Positions 36,351 through 45,968 of a DNA stretch of 64,000 nucleotides are shown here, piece by piece; the stretch's first letter is position 1, and every line of letters starts with the position of its first letter. Under the pieces are notes generated by a model. The model worked only from the letters and a program-made list of their open reading frames with translations. It had not been told where the DNA came from and ran no database searches. This DNA is from Patescibacteria group bacterium. Its GTDB lineage: Archaea; Nanobdellota; Nanobdellia; Pacearchaeales; GW2011-AR1. A program made the position numbers and the translations under genes. The stretch spans positions 81,186 to 145,185 of the forward strand of contig JAHYJW010000002.1 of NCBI GenBank assembly GCA_019428815.1. The letters are read 5' to 3'.

Positions 36351-37322
36351 ATGCCTACAAAGAAATCACCAAGAAAAGGAAGTTTGCAGTATTGGCCAAG
36401 AAAAAGGGCCAGTAAATTTTTACCTAGAGTTAACTGGAGTGCTATTCTTTCTAATTCTGAAAATAAAAAATTAAAGGGATTTATTGGATACAAAGCAGGA
36501 ATGGCTTCTGCTTATATCAAGGACGATACTCCTAATTCTATGACTAAAGGTAAAAAAATTGTAATTCCAGTAACCTTAATAGAATGCCCCCCATTAAAGA
36601 TTTTTTCTGTTAGATTTTATAAAAACGGTAAGGTAGTTAATGAGATCTTAGGAGAAAATTTAGATAAAGAATTAAAGAGAAAAATAAAACTTCCAAAAAA
36701 GAAATCAGAGAATCCTAAAAGATTTGATTTTGCGGAGATAGAAAAAGAAAAATTTGATGATGTAACTGTTCTATGTTACTCTGTGGTAAAGAGAACTAAT
36801 ATAAAGAAGACTCCGGATTTAAGTGAAATTGGTATTTGGGGAACATTAGAAGAAAAATTGAATTTTGTTAAAGAAAACCTAAATAAAGAGATTTCTATCT
36901 TAGATATATTCAAAAAAGGAGAGTTGATTGATTTTAGAGGACTTACAAAAGGGAAAGGATTTCAGGGACCAGTGAAAAGATTTGGTGTAGGTCTTAGACA
37001 GCATAAATCTGAAAAAGGAAGAAGAGGACCGGGTTCAATTGGCCCATGGCATCCTGCAAGAGTTACATTCAGAACACCTATGGCAGGACAGTTGGGGATG
37101 TTTACTCGGGTTTCTTATAATAATAAGATCGTTGAAATGGGAAAGTCTCAAGATAATCCTGGATTAAAGGGTAGAAAGAAGTACGGGGATTTAAAGACAG
37201 ATTTTATCATTGTAAATGGGTCTGTTCAAGGACCAGTGAAAAGACAACTTGTTTTAAGTGCTACCCTAAGACCAGTTAAAAAACAATTAAAAAAGAATTA
37301 TGAATTTATTGAATTAAGATGA
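36351..37322 (+). CDS. rpl3: 50S ribosomal protein L3 (uL3)
   Basis: MPTKKSPRKGSLQYWPRKRA. First gene of the L3-L4-L23-L2 block. Confidence 0.95.
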   Translation: MPTKKSPRKGSLQYWPRKRASKFLPRVNWSAILSNSENKKLKGFIGYKAGMASAYIKDDTPNSMTKGKKIVIPVTLIECPPLKIFSVRFYKNGKVVNEILGENLDKELKRKIKLPKKKSENPKRFDFAEIEKEKFDDVTVLCYSVVKRTNIKKTPDLSEIGIWGTLEEKLNFVKENLNKEISILDIFKKGELIDFRGLTKGKGFQGPVKRFGVGLRQHKSEKGRRGPGSIGPWHPARVTFRTPMAGQLGMFTRVSYNNKIVEMGKSQDNPGLKGRKKYGDLKTDFIIVNGSVQGPVKRQLVLSATLRPVKKQLKKNYEFIELR

Positions 37323-38134
37323 AAGGACATATACTAAATACTAATGGAAGTGCATCTAAACCTATAGAGGTGCCTAAATTTTTCTCAGAAAGAATAAGAG
37401 AAGATATTGTTTCTAAAGTTTTAGAAGCAAAAAAAACTAAGCAACCTTATTCCCCTTCTCCTGTTGCAGGAAAACAACAATCTGCTTCTGGTAAAATGGT
37501 ACACCGAAGACATGTATGGAGAAGTGGTTATGGAAGAGGTATGTCAAGAGTTCCAAGAAAGATAATGCTTGAAAGAGGTTCTCAGTTCAATATGGTGGCT
37601 GCAGAAGTACCTTCAGTAAGGGGGGGAAGGAGAGCACATCCTCCTAAAATAATTTCTATGATCAACACAAAAAGCATTAACAAAAAAGAAATGAAAATTG
37701 CTTTTTTATCTGCATTAAGTGCAACCGCAAACAAGAAAATGATTTTTTCTAAATATCAAAGTTTAAATGAAAAGGATGCTAAAGAATTTCCCGAGTTTCC
37801 TCTGATAGTGGAGTCAAAGATTACTTCATTAAAAACAAAAGACTTAATTGAAAGTTTAAAAAACATTTTGAAAGAACCATTGTTTAGTGTTGGATCTGTA
37901 AAGAAAAAAGTTAGAAGTGGTAAAGGAAAGATTAGGGGAAGAAGATATAAAAGAAATGCAGGACTTCTGATTGTTTTAAGTAATGGTGAGAAGATTAAGA
38001 CTAAGATAATTGAAACAAAAAATGTCAAAAATTTAAGTGTGACTGATTTAGCTAAGGGAGGATTAGGAAGGATAACTATTTACACTGAAAACGCAATAAA
38101 TGAATTAAAACAAAAATTGGGAGAAAAAGAATGA
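37319..38134 (+). CDS. rpl4: 50S ribosomal protein L4 (uL4)
   Basis: Synteny, plus SPVAGKQQSASGKMVHRRHVWRSGYGRGMSRVPR. Confidence 0.9.
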   Translation: MKGHILNTNGSASKPIEVPKFFSERIREDIVSKVLEAKKTKQPYSPSPVAGKQQSASGKMVHRRHVWRSGYGRGMSRVPRKIMLERGSQFNMVAAEVPSVRGGRRAHPPKIISMINTKSINKKEMKIAFLSALSATANKKMIFSKYQSLNEKDAKEFPEFPLIVESKITSLKTKDLIESLKNILKEPLFSVGSVKKKVRSGKGKIRGRRYKRNAGLLIVLSNGEKIKTKIIETKNVKNLSVTDLAKGGLGRITIYTENAINELKQKLGEKE

Positions 38135-38373
38135 GACTAAAACCAGTAGTTACAGAAAAGGCAGTAATGATAATTGAAACTCAGAATATCTTAACATTTC
38201 AAACAGAGAAAAAATTTAGTAAAACTGAAATAAAAGAAGAGATTGAAACCCTATTTGGAGTTAAAGCTGAAAAAATAAGAACCTTAGTTCGAAAAAACCA
38301 AAAGTATGTTTATATAAAACTAAAAAAAGAATTTCCAGCAATTGATGTTGCAACGAAATTAGGTATGATTTAA
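38131..38373 (+). CDS. rpl23: 50S ribosomal protein L23 (uL23)
   Basis: LKPVVTEKAVMIIE...FGVKAEKIRTL, plus synteny. Confidence 0.9.
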   Translation: MRLKPVVTEKAVMIIETQNILTFQTEKKFSKTEIKEEIETLFGVKAEKIRTLVRKNQKYVYIKLKKEFPAIDVATKLGMI

Positions 38374-38378
38374 ACAAA

Positions 38379-39089
38379 ATGGGTAAAAGAATAATTCAAC
38401 AGGCAAGAGGACATGGAAGTGGAACATATAGAGTAAAAAGAAGAGCATTTAGATTTAAAACAGGATACCCTTTAAACCTCCAAGGAGAGGGACAAGTGGT
38501 TAAACTTCTAAATTCTACAGGCCATTCTGCTCCTCTAGCAAAAGTTAGTTATCAAAAAAATGGAAAGAGAGAATGTTTCTATATCCCCGCATTTAAAGAA
38601 ATGTATGAAGGGCAAAAGATTATTCTTGATGATAAAGAAGCTAAAATAGGGAGCGTATTACGATTAGCAGACATACCTATTAAAAAACAAGTATACTGTG
38701 TTGAATCAAAACCTGGGGACGGAGGAGTTTTTATGAAAAGTGCTGGTAGTAGCGGGGTAATTAGTAAAGTAGTTGGTAAAAAAACATATATTCAAATGCC
38801 CTCTAAAAAAGAAAAAGCATTTAACCAAGACTGTAGAGCAATAGTTGGAGTAGCAGCTGGATCAGGGAGATTAGACAAACCAATTGTTAAAGCAGGAAGA
38901 GGACATTATATTCATAAATCTAAAGGAAAACTCTGGCCAAGAACCTCCGCGGTTAAAGTAAATGTTATAGACCATCCCTTTGGTTCTGGAAGGGGTAAAA
39001 ATCCTAAGAGTAAAATTCCAAAAAGAAATGCTCCTCCTGGAAGGAAAGTAGGATTGCTAAGAGCTAGAAGAACTGGAAAAAGGAAATAA
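38379..39089 (+). CDS. rpl2: 50S ribosomal protein L2 (uL2)
   Basis: MGKRIIQQARGHGSGTYR...VIDHPFGSGRGKNP. Confidence 0.95.
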   Translation: MGKRIIQQARGHGSGTYRVKRRAFRFKTGYPLNLQGEGQVVKLLNSTGHSAPLAKVSYQKNGKRECFYIPAFKEMYEGQKIILDDKEAKIGSVLRLADIPIKKQVYCVESKPGDGGVFMKSAGSSGVISKVVGKKTYIQMPSKKEKAFNQDCRAIVGVAAGSGRLDKPIVKAGRGHYIHKSKGKLWPRTSAVKVNVIDHPFGSGRGKNPKSKIPKRNAPPGRKVGLLRARRTGKRK

Positions 39090-39091
39090 AA

Positions 39092-39517
39092 ATGGAAGAC
39101 GAAAAAACAAATTTTGATGTTGAGGAAATAAAGAAAAAAGAATTCACATATAGAGGGAAAACTATTGATGAATTAAGTAAACTAGATGTAAGAGAAACTG
39201 CACAGTATCTTCCTTCAAGAAAAAGAAGAAGTGTCTTAAGACAATTTCATGAAATAGAGAAATTTATTAGTCGATCAAAAGAAAAAATTAAGAAAAATAA
39301 ACCAATAAGAACTCATCAAAGAGATTTGGTTATTGTTCCACAGATGGTTGGGATGAGGATATATATTCATAATGGGAAAAGTTTTATCGCAAAAGATATT
39401 ACAGAAGACAGTGTTGGCCATCTTTTTGGGGAATTTGCATTAACAAGAAATAAAGTTAAACATAGCAAAAGCGGAGTAGGCGCAACAAAAGGATCTAAAC
39501 ATAAATCAAAGAAATAA
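39092..39517 (+). CDS. rps19: 30S ribosomal protein S19 (uS19)
   Basis: RDLVIVPQMVGMRIYIHNGKSF...VGHLFGEFALTR. Confidence 0.95.
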   Translation: MEDEKTNFDVEEIKKKEFTYRGKTIDELSKLDVRETAQYLPSRKRRSVLRQFHEIEKFISRSKEKIKKNKPIRTHQRDLVIVPQMVGMRIYIHNGKSFIAKDITEDSVGHLFGEFALTRNKVKHSKSGVGATKGSKHKSKK

Positions 39518-39524
39518 AAATAAG

Positions 39525-40175
39525 ATGACTGAAAAAAAAGAAAAAGAAATAGTTGAAAAAGAAAAAGAAGAAAGTTTAGAACAGAAAGTTCAGATTAAAA
39601 AACCTACTGAAAAGACTTCAGAAGAAGAAAAGTCAGATGATTCAAAAGCTAATCCAAAAATTGATTCAAAAGAAGAAGATGTTAAAGTAAAAGAAAATGA
39701 AGAATCAAAAGAAGAGAAAAAAACTACTGAAGGTAAGAAGAGTACAATAAAGAAAAGTCAAACACTAGTTGATATAAAAAATGTTCCAATCTCGACAAAA
39801 CACTCAATAGCAATCTGTAATTTTATTAGAAAAAAAGAAATTGCCCAGATTATTCCTTATTTAGAAGATGTTTTAAGATTGAAAAAGTCTATACCCATGA
39901 CCGGAGAGATTCCTCATCGAAAAGGAAGGGGAGTTATGTCGGGGAGATTTCCAAAAAAAGCTACAATGAACTTTATAAAAATATTGAAGAGCGCATCTGC
40001 AAATGCAATTTATAATGGGATAGAAAACCCCTTTATTTTAGAAGCAGTATCTAATATTGGTATCAGACCCTATGGAAGATTTGGGAGAGTAAGAAGAAAA
40101 AGAACCCACATCAGATTAATTATCAGCTCAAAAAAAGAGACGGGGAATAAAAAGATGGGGAAAAATAAAAAATAA
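39525..40175 (+). CDS. rpl22: 50S ribosomal protein L22 (uL22) with about 70-aa Lys/Glu-rich N-terminal extension
   Basis: Core ISTKHSIAICNFIRKKEI...IPHRKGRGVMSGRFPKKA, plus synteny. Confidence 0.9.
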   Translation: MTEKKEKEIVEKEKEESLEQKVQIKKPTEKTSEEEKSDDSKANPKIDSKEEDVKVKENEESKEEKKTTEGKKSTIKKSQTLVDIKNVPISTKHSIAICNFIRKKEIAQIIPYLEDVLRLKKSIPMTGEIPHRKGRGVMSGRFPKKATMNFIKILKSASANAIYNGIENPFILEAVSNIGIRPYGRFGRVRRKRTHIRLIISSKKETGNKKMGKNKK

Positions 40176-40176
40176 G

Positions 40177-40845
40177 ATGGAAGAAAAAAGTATTGTTAAG
40201 TTTAAGAAAGAAGAATTTGCTATTCGAAATTATGTAAGAAATTCATTAAGTAGAGGAAGAGTTAGTAAAGTAAAGATAGAATACACTCCTGTAGGTGAAA
40301 GGATTATTGTTTCTACAAGTAAACCTGGTTTGATAATTGGAAGAAGAGGGGAAAAAATTGATGAATTAACTAATGTTTTAAAAAATAAGTTTAAGCTTGG
40401 AAATCCTAGAATAGAAATAGACGATATTCAAAAACCGGAATTTGATGCCCAGATAATGGCAGATGATATTGCAATGTCTCTAGAAAGATTTGGCCCATTA
40501 AAATTTAAAGTTACAGCATACAGAACACTTCAAAAGATAATGAATTCTGGAGCATTGGGCGCAGAAATAAGATTGAATGGGAAATTGCCTGGAGCAAGAG
40601 CTAAAACTTGGAGGTTTGCACAAGGTTATCTTAAAAAAACAGGAGATTCTGCAAAGGTAGTAGATAGGGCTAAAGCAGTAGCACAAACAAAACCTGGAAC
40701 AGTGGGGATAAAAGTAGCAATTCTTTCACCAGAAGCTATACTTACAGATAAAATATCTGTTAATGATCAAATGATCGAAGAGATTAAAGAAAATACTCAA
40801 ATGGAAAAGATAGCAGTACCTAAAAAGAAGAATAAACAAAAATAA
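40177..40845 (+). CDS. rps3: 30S ribosomal protein S3 (uS3)
   Basis: KH domain IIVSTSKPGLIIGRRGEKIDEL, plus synteny. Confidence 0.95.
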   Translation: MEEKSIVKFKKEEFAIRNYVRNSLSRGRVSKVKIEYTPVGERIIVSTSKPGLIIGRRGEKIDELTNVLKNKFKLGNPRIEIDDIQKPEFDAQIMADDIAMSLERFGPLKFKVTAYRTLQKIMNSGALGAEIRLNGKLPGARAKTWRFAQGYLKKTGDSAKVVDRAKAVAQTKPGTVGIKVAILSPEAILTDKISVNDQMIEEIKENTQMEKIAVPKKKNKQK

Positions 40846-40852
40846 GTAAAAA

Positions 40853-41083
40853 ATGGCAAAAATAAAAAACAAAGATCTCGTAAAACTTAACGAAAAGGAA
40901 AGAGAAAGTAAATTAAAAGAATTAAAAATAGAATTAATAAAATCAAGAATAGATTCTTCAAAATCTGGAAGTTCAAGAGCTAAAGAAATAAGAAAAATGA
41001 TTGCAAGGATACTCACTATAAATAATCTCAAAGATAAAGAAAAAAATCAAAGAGATAAAACGATTACACTCAACAAAAAATAA
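40853..41083 (+). CDS. rpl29: 50S ribosomal protein L29 (uL29)
   Basis: [21 protein letters not shown], plus synteny. Confidence 0.9.
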   Translation: MAKIKNKDLVKLNEKERESKLKELKIELIKSRIDSSKSGSSRAKEIRKMIARILTINNLKDKEKNQRDKTITLNKK

Positions 41084-41084
41084 T

Positions 41085-41384
41085 ATGGAGATATGTCCAA
41101 AATGTGGCCTGCCAAAACAGGCATGTGTATGTGAACAGATTGTAAAGAGTTCGCAGAAAATACGAGTAACAACTGATAAGAAGAGATACGGAAAGATTGT
41201 AACGATTGTTACTGGTTTTGCAGACGGAATTGATATAAAACAGATTGCAAAAGACCTTAAAAACCGTCTTGCTTGTGGGGGAACCTACAAGGGAGATTCA
41301 ATTGAGCTCCAAGGGGATCATCGAGAGAAGATAAAAGATGCCTTGGTAAAGATGGGTTTTGAAGGAGATTCCGTAGAGAACTAA
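41085..41384 (+). CDS. sui1: Translation initiation factor SUI1 (aIF1)
   Basis: [13 protein letters not shown] zinc knuckle, plus [11 protein letters not shown]...[22 protein letters not shown]. Confidence 0.9.
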   Translation: MEICPKCGLPKQACVCEQIVKSSQKIRVTTDKKRYGKIVTIVTGFADGIDIKQIAKDLKNRLACGGTYKGDSIELQGDHREKIKDALVKMGFEGDSVEN

Positions 41385-41412
41385 AAAATCTGAAAACATA
41401 CCTAAATAGAAA

Positions 41413-41814
41413 ATGAAAAGAAAAGAACAAAAGAAAAAATTAGAAGTAAAAGAAAAACCCGAAGTAACCGAAGGTTCATGCAATGATAGAGATTGCCCTT
41501 TCCATGGGAATTTAAAAGTCAGGGGGAGAGCATTTGAAGGGGAAGTTAAAAAGAAGTTCCCTAGAAGAGTTGCTTTAGAATTTGAAAGAATGATTTATAT
41601 TAGGAAATATGAAAGATATGCAAAGGCTAAGACAAAAGTTCATGCGAGATTACCTTCATGTATGATTAAACAGATTAATGTGGGGGATATAATTCGGGTT
41701 CAGGAATGTAGGCCTTTAAGCAAGATTATACACTTTGTTGTATTAAAAAAATTAAAAGAATCTGAACACAAAATTAAACAGCCGTTAAAAACAAAAAACA
41801 AAAAACAAAAATGA
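41413..41814 (+). CDS. rps17: 30S ribosomal protein S17 (uS17)
   Basis: CNDRDCPFHGNLKVRGRAFEGEV...YERYAKAKTKVHA. Confidence 0.9.
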   Translation: MKRKEQKKKLEVKEKPEVTEGSCNDRDCPFHGNLKVRGRAFEGEVKKKFPRRVALEFERMIYIRKYERYAKAKTKVHARLPSCMIKQINVGDIIRVQECRPLSKIIHFVVLKKLKESEHKIKQPLKTKNKKQK

Positions 41815-42212
41815 AAGCAGTATCAGCAAAAATAACTCCTGGATTAAACCTTGGTGCAACACTTTTTGTCTCAGATAACAGTGGAGGAAAGGTAGCAAGA
41901 TTAGTCTCGGTAAAAAGAGGTAAAGGTACAAAGGGTAAACAGGGTTGTGCAAAAGTTGCAGATATGGTTAAGGTAAGTATCAGAAAAGGAATCCCTGATA
42001 TGAGGGGTAAGGTATTTGATGGAGTAATTGTAAGACAAAAAAAATCATACCGAAGAAGAGATGGTGAAAGAGTCGCATTTCAAGATAATGCTGTTGCTAT
42101 ACTCAAGGATACTAAAGGTAATCCAAAAGGAACTCAAATAAAAGGACCTGTTGCAAGGGAGGTTATGGAAAGATGGCCTCAAGTCTCTAGAATTGCAGCA
42201 ATAGTATATTAA
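41811..42212 (+). CDS. rpl14: 50S ribosomal protein L14 (uL14)
   Basis: LFVSDNSGGKVARLVSV...GPVAREVMERWPQV. Confidence 0.95.
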   Translation: MKAVSAKITPGLNLGATLFVSDNSGGKVARLVSVKRGKGTKGKQGCAKVADMVKVSIRKGIPDMRGKVFDGVIVRQKKSYRRRDGERVAFQDNAVAILKDTKGNPKGTQIKGPVAREVMERWPQVSRIAAIVY

Positions 42213-42213
42213 G

Positions 42214-42714
42214 ATGAAAAAGAAATTTAGCACGTCGTGGAAATCAAGTAAACAACCAAGGAAGCAGAGAAAATACAAAGCTAATGCTCCCCTTCACTTA
42301 AAAAGGAAATTTATAAGCTCAAATTTGTCTAAAGATCTAAGAAAAAAATATGGGAAAAGAGCACTTCCATTAAGAAAAGGGGATTTGGTTAAGTTAATGA
42401 GGGGCAAATTTAAGGGAAAGAAAGGTAAGATTATCAAAGTTATGGTAAAAACTCAAAAAATTTGGGTTGAAGGAATTCAAGTAAAAAAACAGGATGGTGC
42501 TAAAGTAAACATATCTTTAAGACCATCTAATCTGCAAATTATAGAACTTAATTTAGAAGACAAAAAAAGAAACAACTCCTTGAAAAAAATAGTCAAAGAA
42601 GAAAGAACTAAAGAAAAAAAAGAACTTCCTGAAAAAAAATTAGAAAAACAAGAAAAATCAGAAGAAAATAAAAAAAATCAAAATAAAAAAAATCAAATGG
42701 AGAGTAAAAAATAA
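42214..42714 (+). CDS. rpl24: 50S ribosomal protein L24 (uL24) with Lys/Glu-rich C-terminal extension
   Basis: KOW motif KGDLVKLMRGKFKGKKGKIIKV, plus synteny. Confidence 0.9.
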   Translation: MKKKFSTSWKSSKQPRKQRKYKANAPLHLKRKFISSNLSKDLRKKYGKRALPLRKGDLVKLMRGKFKGKKGKIIKVMVKTQKIWVEGIQVKKQDGAKVNISLRPSNLQIIELNLEDKKRNNSLKKIVKEERTKEKKELPEKKLEKQEKSEENKKNQNKKNQMESKK

Positions 42715-43361
42715 TGCACTTAAAAAGACAAAAAGTTCCAAAAAACTGGCCAATATATCGTAAAGGAACGAGGTATGTAGTTAGACCAAAAAATGACCTT
42801 AGAAATGGGATTCCTCTTTTGGTAGTCCTAAGGGACATGTTGGGGATTATTACTAACAGAAAGGAAGCAAAAAGAGCAATTCATGAAAGGAATATCTTAG
42901 TTAACAGTAAGTACTCTCTTGATGAAAGAGAAGGAATACTCTTGTTTGATGTTATTGAAATTGTTCCTTCAAAAAAAGCATTTAGACTGGAATTAACTGA
43001 AAATGGAAAGTTTTTAATAAACGAAATTAAATTAAGTGAGGCGAATGAAAAAATTTCAAAAATAGTTGATAAAAAAGTTCTCAAGGGAAAAAGAACACAA
43101 TTAAATCTCTCTGATGGGAGGAATATTCTCTCAGATTTAAAATGTAACATAAACGATTCTGTTATTCTCAACTTTAAAAATAAAAAAATTGACAAATGTC
43201 TCGCCTTAAAAGAAGGTTCAGAGGCGATTATCTTTGCTGGGAAACATTCTGGGAAAAAGGGGATTATAAAAGGATTAGATAAAGAAAAAAAGATTGCCCA
43301 AGTAGAATTTGAAGATAAATCAATTAATGTTTTAATTAAACAATTAATGGTAATAAAATGA
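42714..43361 (+). CDS. rps4e: 30S ribosomal protein S4e (eS4)
   Basis: MHLKRQKVPKNWPIYRKGTRYVVRP. Confidence 0.95.
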   Translation: MHLKRQKVPKNWPIYRKGTRYVVRPKNDLRNGIPLLVVLRDMLGIITNRKEAKRAIHERNILVNSKYSLDEREGILLFDVIEIVPSKKAFRLELTENGKFLINEIKLSEANEKISKIVDKKVLKGKRTQLNLSDGRNILSDLKCNINDSVILNFKNKKIDKCLALKEGSEAIIFAGKHSGKKGIIKGLDKEKKIAQVEFEDKSINVLIKQLMVIK

Positions 43362-43879
43362 ACAACGTTAAAGAATCAAAAGAGAATAACCTTATGGAGG
43401 AAATTAAGTTAGAAAAAGTTGTTTTAAGCGTAGGTGGAACTGCTGAAAATCTCGAGAAGGGGTATAAACTTTTAAAAATACTTACTGGGCGAACTCCAGC
43501 TAAAATGAAAACGAGAAAAAGAATTCCAACATTAGGCGTTCGACCAAAACTTGAAATTGGGGCATTAGTAACAATAAGAAAAAATCCGGAAGAGGTAATC
43601 AAAAGAATGTTGGCGCCTATTAATAATACTCTTAAGAAAAAACAAGTAAGTGAGAATACTTTTTCTTTTGGAGTTAAAGAATATATTGAAATTCCCGGAG
43701 TTGAATACCAAAGGGAATTAGGAATTTTGGGATTAGACGTTACTTTAACTTTTATAAAAGCTGGAAAAAGGGTAAAATTAAGAAAAATTAGGAGAAATAA
43801 AATTCCAAAAAAACAAAATGTTTCAAAAGAAGAGATAATTAAATTTATGAAGGAGAGATTTAACACAAAGTTTGTTTAA
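43358..43879 (+). CDS. rpl5: 50S ribosomal protein L5 (uL5)
   Basis: IKLEKVVLSVGGT...FSFGVKEYIEIPGVEY, plus synteny. Confidence 0.9.
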   Translation: MNNVKESKENNLMEEIKLEKVVLSVGGTAENLEKGYKLLKILTGRTPAKMKTRKRIPTLGVRPKLEIGALVTIRKNPEEVIKRMLAPINNTLKKKQVSENTFSFGVKEYIEIPGVEYQRELGILGLDVTLTFIKAGKRVKLRKIRRNKIPKKQNVSKEEIIKFMKERFNTKFV

Positions 43880-43909
43880 AATAAAAAAGCTTTGTAAATC
43901 AAAACAAAA

Positions 43910-44140
43910 ATGACAGCAAGTGATTGGAGAAAAATACTAAAACAACTAAAGAATAAGCCTGAAAAAACAGAGAAATTCTTAAAACATAATAAACCAAAAG
44001 AAAGGAAAATTGGGATTGCAAAGAAGAAATGTGAAATATGTGGGAGATTTGGGGCCCATATAAAATCTTATGGTTTAAACTTATGCAGACACTGTTTTAG
44101 AGAAGTTGCTGTAGATATTGGATTTAAAAAATATAACTAG
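43910..44140 (+). CDS. rps14: 30S ribosomal protein S14 (uS14, zinc type) with N-terminal extension
   Basis: CEICGRFGAHIKSYGLNLCRHCFRE. Confidence 0.9.
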   Translation: MTASDWRKILKQLKNKPEKTEKFLKHNKPKERKIGIAKKKCEICGRFGAHIKSYGLNLCRHCFREVAVDIGFKKYN

Positions 44141-44152
44141 GATAAATAAAAA

Positions 44153-44533
44153 ATGTCACAAGATATTGTTGCAGATGCGTTGAATATGATGCTTAATGCA
44201 AAAAAGGCGAAGAAAGAAGTAATAAAGGTAAAGAGAATTTCAAATGTCTTAATTGAGATTTTGAAGATAATGAAAAGATTTGGGGCAATTAAAAAGTACA
44301 AAATTGAAACCAAAGAAAAATCTATTGAAATAACTCTTGGAGATTTTTTAGAATGTAAGGTCATAAAACCCAGATTTACTGTAGAAAAAACTGAAATTGA
44401 GAAGTACAAACGAAGATATCTCCCTGCGAGAAATATTGGAGTAATTATTATCTCAACAAATCAGGGATTAATGACTCATGAAGAAGCATATGAGAAAGGT
44501 ATTGGAGGAAGTTTGATATCTTACTTTTACTGA
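44153..44533 (+). CDS. rps8: 30S ribosomal protein S8 (uS8)
   Basis: QDIVADALNMMLNAKKAKK...GVIIISTNQGLMTHEEA. Confidence 0.95.
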   Translation: MSQDIVADALNMMLNAKKAKKEVIKVKRISNVLIEILKIMKRFGAIKKYKIETKEKSIEITLGDFLECKVIKPRFTVEKTEIEKYKRRYLPARNIGVIIISTNQGLMTHEEAYEKGIGGSLISYFY

Positions 44534-44567
44534 GATATGCTATCAAAGAAAACAAGGATACTTCAAA

Positions 44568-45110
44568 ATGAAAAAAGAACTTTATCAAGAAATAGAAATT
44601 CCTAAGGGAGTGGATGTTGAGCTAGTAGGCTCTTTATTAACTATAAAAGGCCCAGAAGGAGAAAATAAGAGAGAGTTTAGAATAAAAAAACTTGAACTGA
44701 AAAAAGAAGGAGATACTCTGATTGTGGGTAATAAAAAAGCTTCAAAAAATGAAAAGAAATTAATGAATACAATTGCTGCCCATATCAGAAATATGATCTT
44801 AGGGGTAAATAAAAAATTTGAATATAAATTAAAAATTTGTTATAGTCATTTCCCAATCACTGTTGAAAAGAAAGGTGAAGAAGTTTCAGTAAAAAACTTC
44901 ATTGGAGAAAAAGTACCTCGAAGGGTAATAATCCCTCAGGGGGTTGAAGTTGATTTAGGAAAAGAAATAATCACAGTACAATCTTCAGATAAAGAACTGG
45001 CAGGACAATTTTCAGCAAGTTTAGAAAAGTTAACTAGGATAAGGCGTAAAGATAGAAGGATATTCCAAGACGGGATATTTATAATAAGTAAAAATGGAAA
45101 AGAAATTTAA
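44568..45110 (+). CDS. rpl6: 50S ribosomal protein L6 (uL6)
   Basis: Synteny, plus IEIPKGVDVEL...LTIKGPEGE. Confidence 0.9.
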   Translation: MKKELYQEIEIPKGVDVELVGSLLTIKGPEGENKREFRIKKLELKKEGDTLIVGNKKASKNEKKLMNTIAAHIRNMILGVNKKFEYKLKICYSHFPITVEKKGEEVSVKNFIGEKVPRRVIIPQGVEVDLGKEIITVQSSDKELAGQFSASLEKLTRIRRKDRRIFQDGIFIISKNGKEI

Positions 45111-45116
45111 GATAAA

Positions 45117-45569
45117 ATGAAAAAAACAAAATTTTTGAGGAGAATTTGGGGCAGATATTCCAAATTAGGAAAAAGAAGAAAGAAAAAACAGATTTGGAGG
45201 AGACCTACTGGTAGAGACAACAAGATGAGGGAAAAAAGGAAGGGTTATCCAGCTGTTGTTAGTATTGGTTATAAAACTCCAAAAAGCGAAAAGAAAAAGA
45301 TTATTTTTATTAGAAATGTTAATGATTTAAAGAATATCTCCAAAGAAGATTTAATCCTTTTAGGGAATGTTGGAAAAAAGAAAAAATTGGAAATATTAAA
45401 AAAAGCTTCTGAAGAGAAAATAAAATTCAGTAATATCAATGAAAAAAAGTTTTTAAAAGAAATTGAAAAGAAAAAGAAAAAAAAGGAACTTTCTTCCAAA
45501 AAGTCAGCAAATTTAAAAGAATCCAAAAAAGAAGTTATTAAGAAAAACAAAGAGGAAAATAAAAAATGA
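45117..45569 (+). CDS. rpl32e: 50S ribosomal protein L32e (eL32) with Lys-rich C-terminal extension
   Basis: WRRPTGRDNKMREKRKGYPAVVSIGY. Confidence 0.9.
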   Translation: MKKTKFLRRIWGRYSKLGKRRKKKQIWRRPTGRDNKMREKRKGYPAVVSIGYKTPKSEKKKIIFIRNVNDLKNISKEDLILLGNVGKKKKLEILKKASEEKIKFSNINEKKFLKEIEKKKKKKELSSKKSANLKESKKEVIKKNKEENKK

Positions 45570-45967
45570 ATTTAAAGAAAAAAAAGGAACTTGCTGAAAG
45601 AACTTTTGGTTTAGGAAAAAAAAGAATAATCTTTGTAAAATCTAGACTGAAAGACATAAAAGATGCTATAACAAAACAGGATATAAGAGATTTACATCAA
45701 GATGGAGCAATATTAATCAAGGAAGTTAAAGGAAGAAAAAAAATAACAAGAAGAAAAGTTAGGGGAGCAGGGAGTGTAAGAAAAAAGGTAAGTAAACGAA
45801 AACAAGATTATGTTATCCTAACTAGAAAATTAAGGAAGTACCTTTCAGAACTTAAAAAACAAGGAAAAATTTCAAAAGAGCAATCAGAAGATTTAAGAAA
45901 GAAAATAAGAAACAAGGCTTTTAGAAGTAAAGCACATTTAAAAGCCCAGTTACAAGGAGAATATTAA
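45566..45967 (+). CDS. rpl19e: 50S ribosomal protein L19e (eL19)
   Basis: LKKKKELAERTFGLGKKRIIF...IRDLHQDGAI. Confidence 0.9.
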   Translation: MNLKKKKELAERTFGLGKKRIIFVKSRLKDIKDAITKQDIRDLHQDGAILIKEVKGRKKITRRKVRGAGSVRKKVSKRKQDYVILTRKLRKYLSELKKQGKISKEQSEDLRKKIRNKAFRSKAHLKAQLQGEY

Positions 45968-45968
45968 T

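Noticed and set aside
39525-39750. Purine-rich (GAA/AAA) stretches that look like DNA repeats, e.g. here and at 16060..16330, 42570..42714, 45440..45569 and 46477..46790
   Set aside because: They are coding Lys/Glu-rich low-complexity segments in frame with the adjacent conserved domains. They are not satellite or CRISPR-like repeats.
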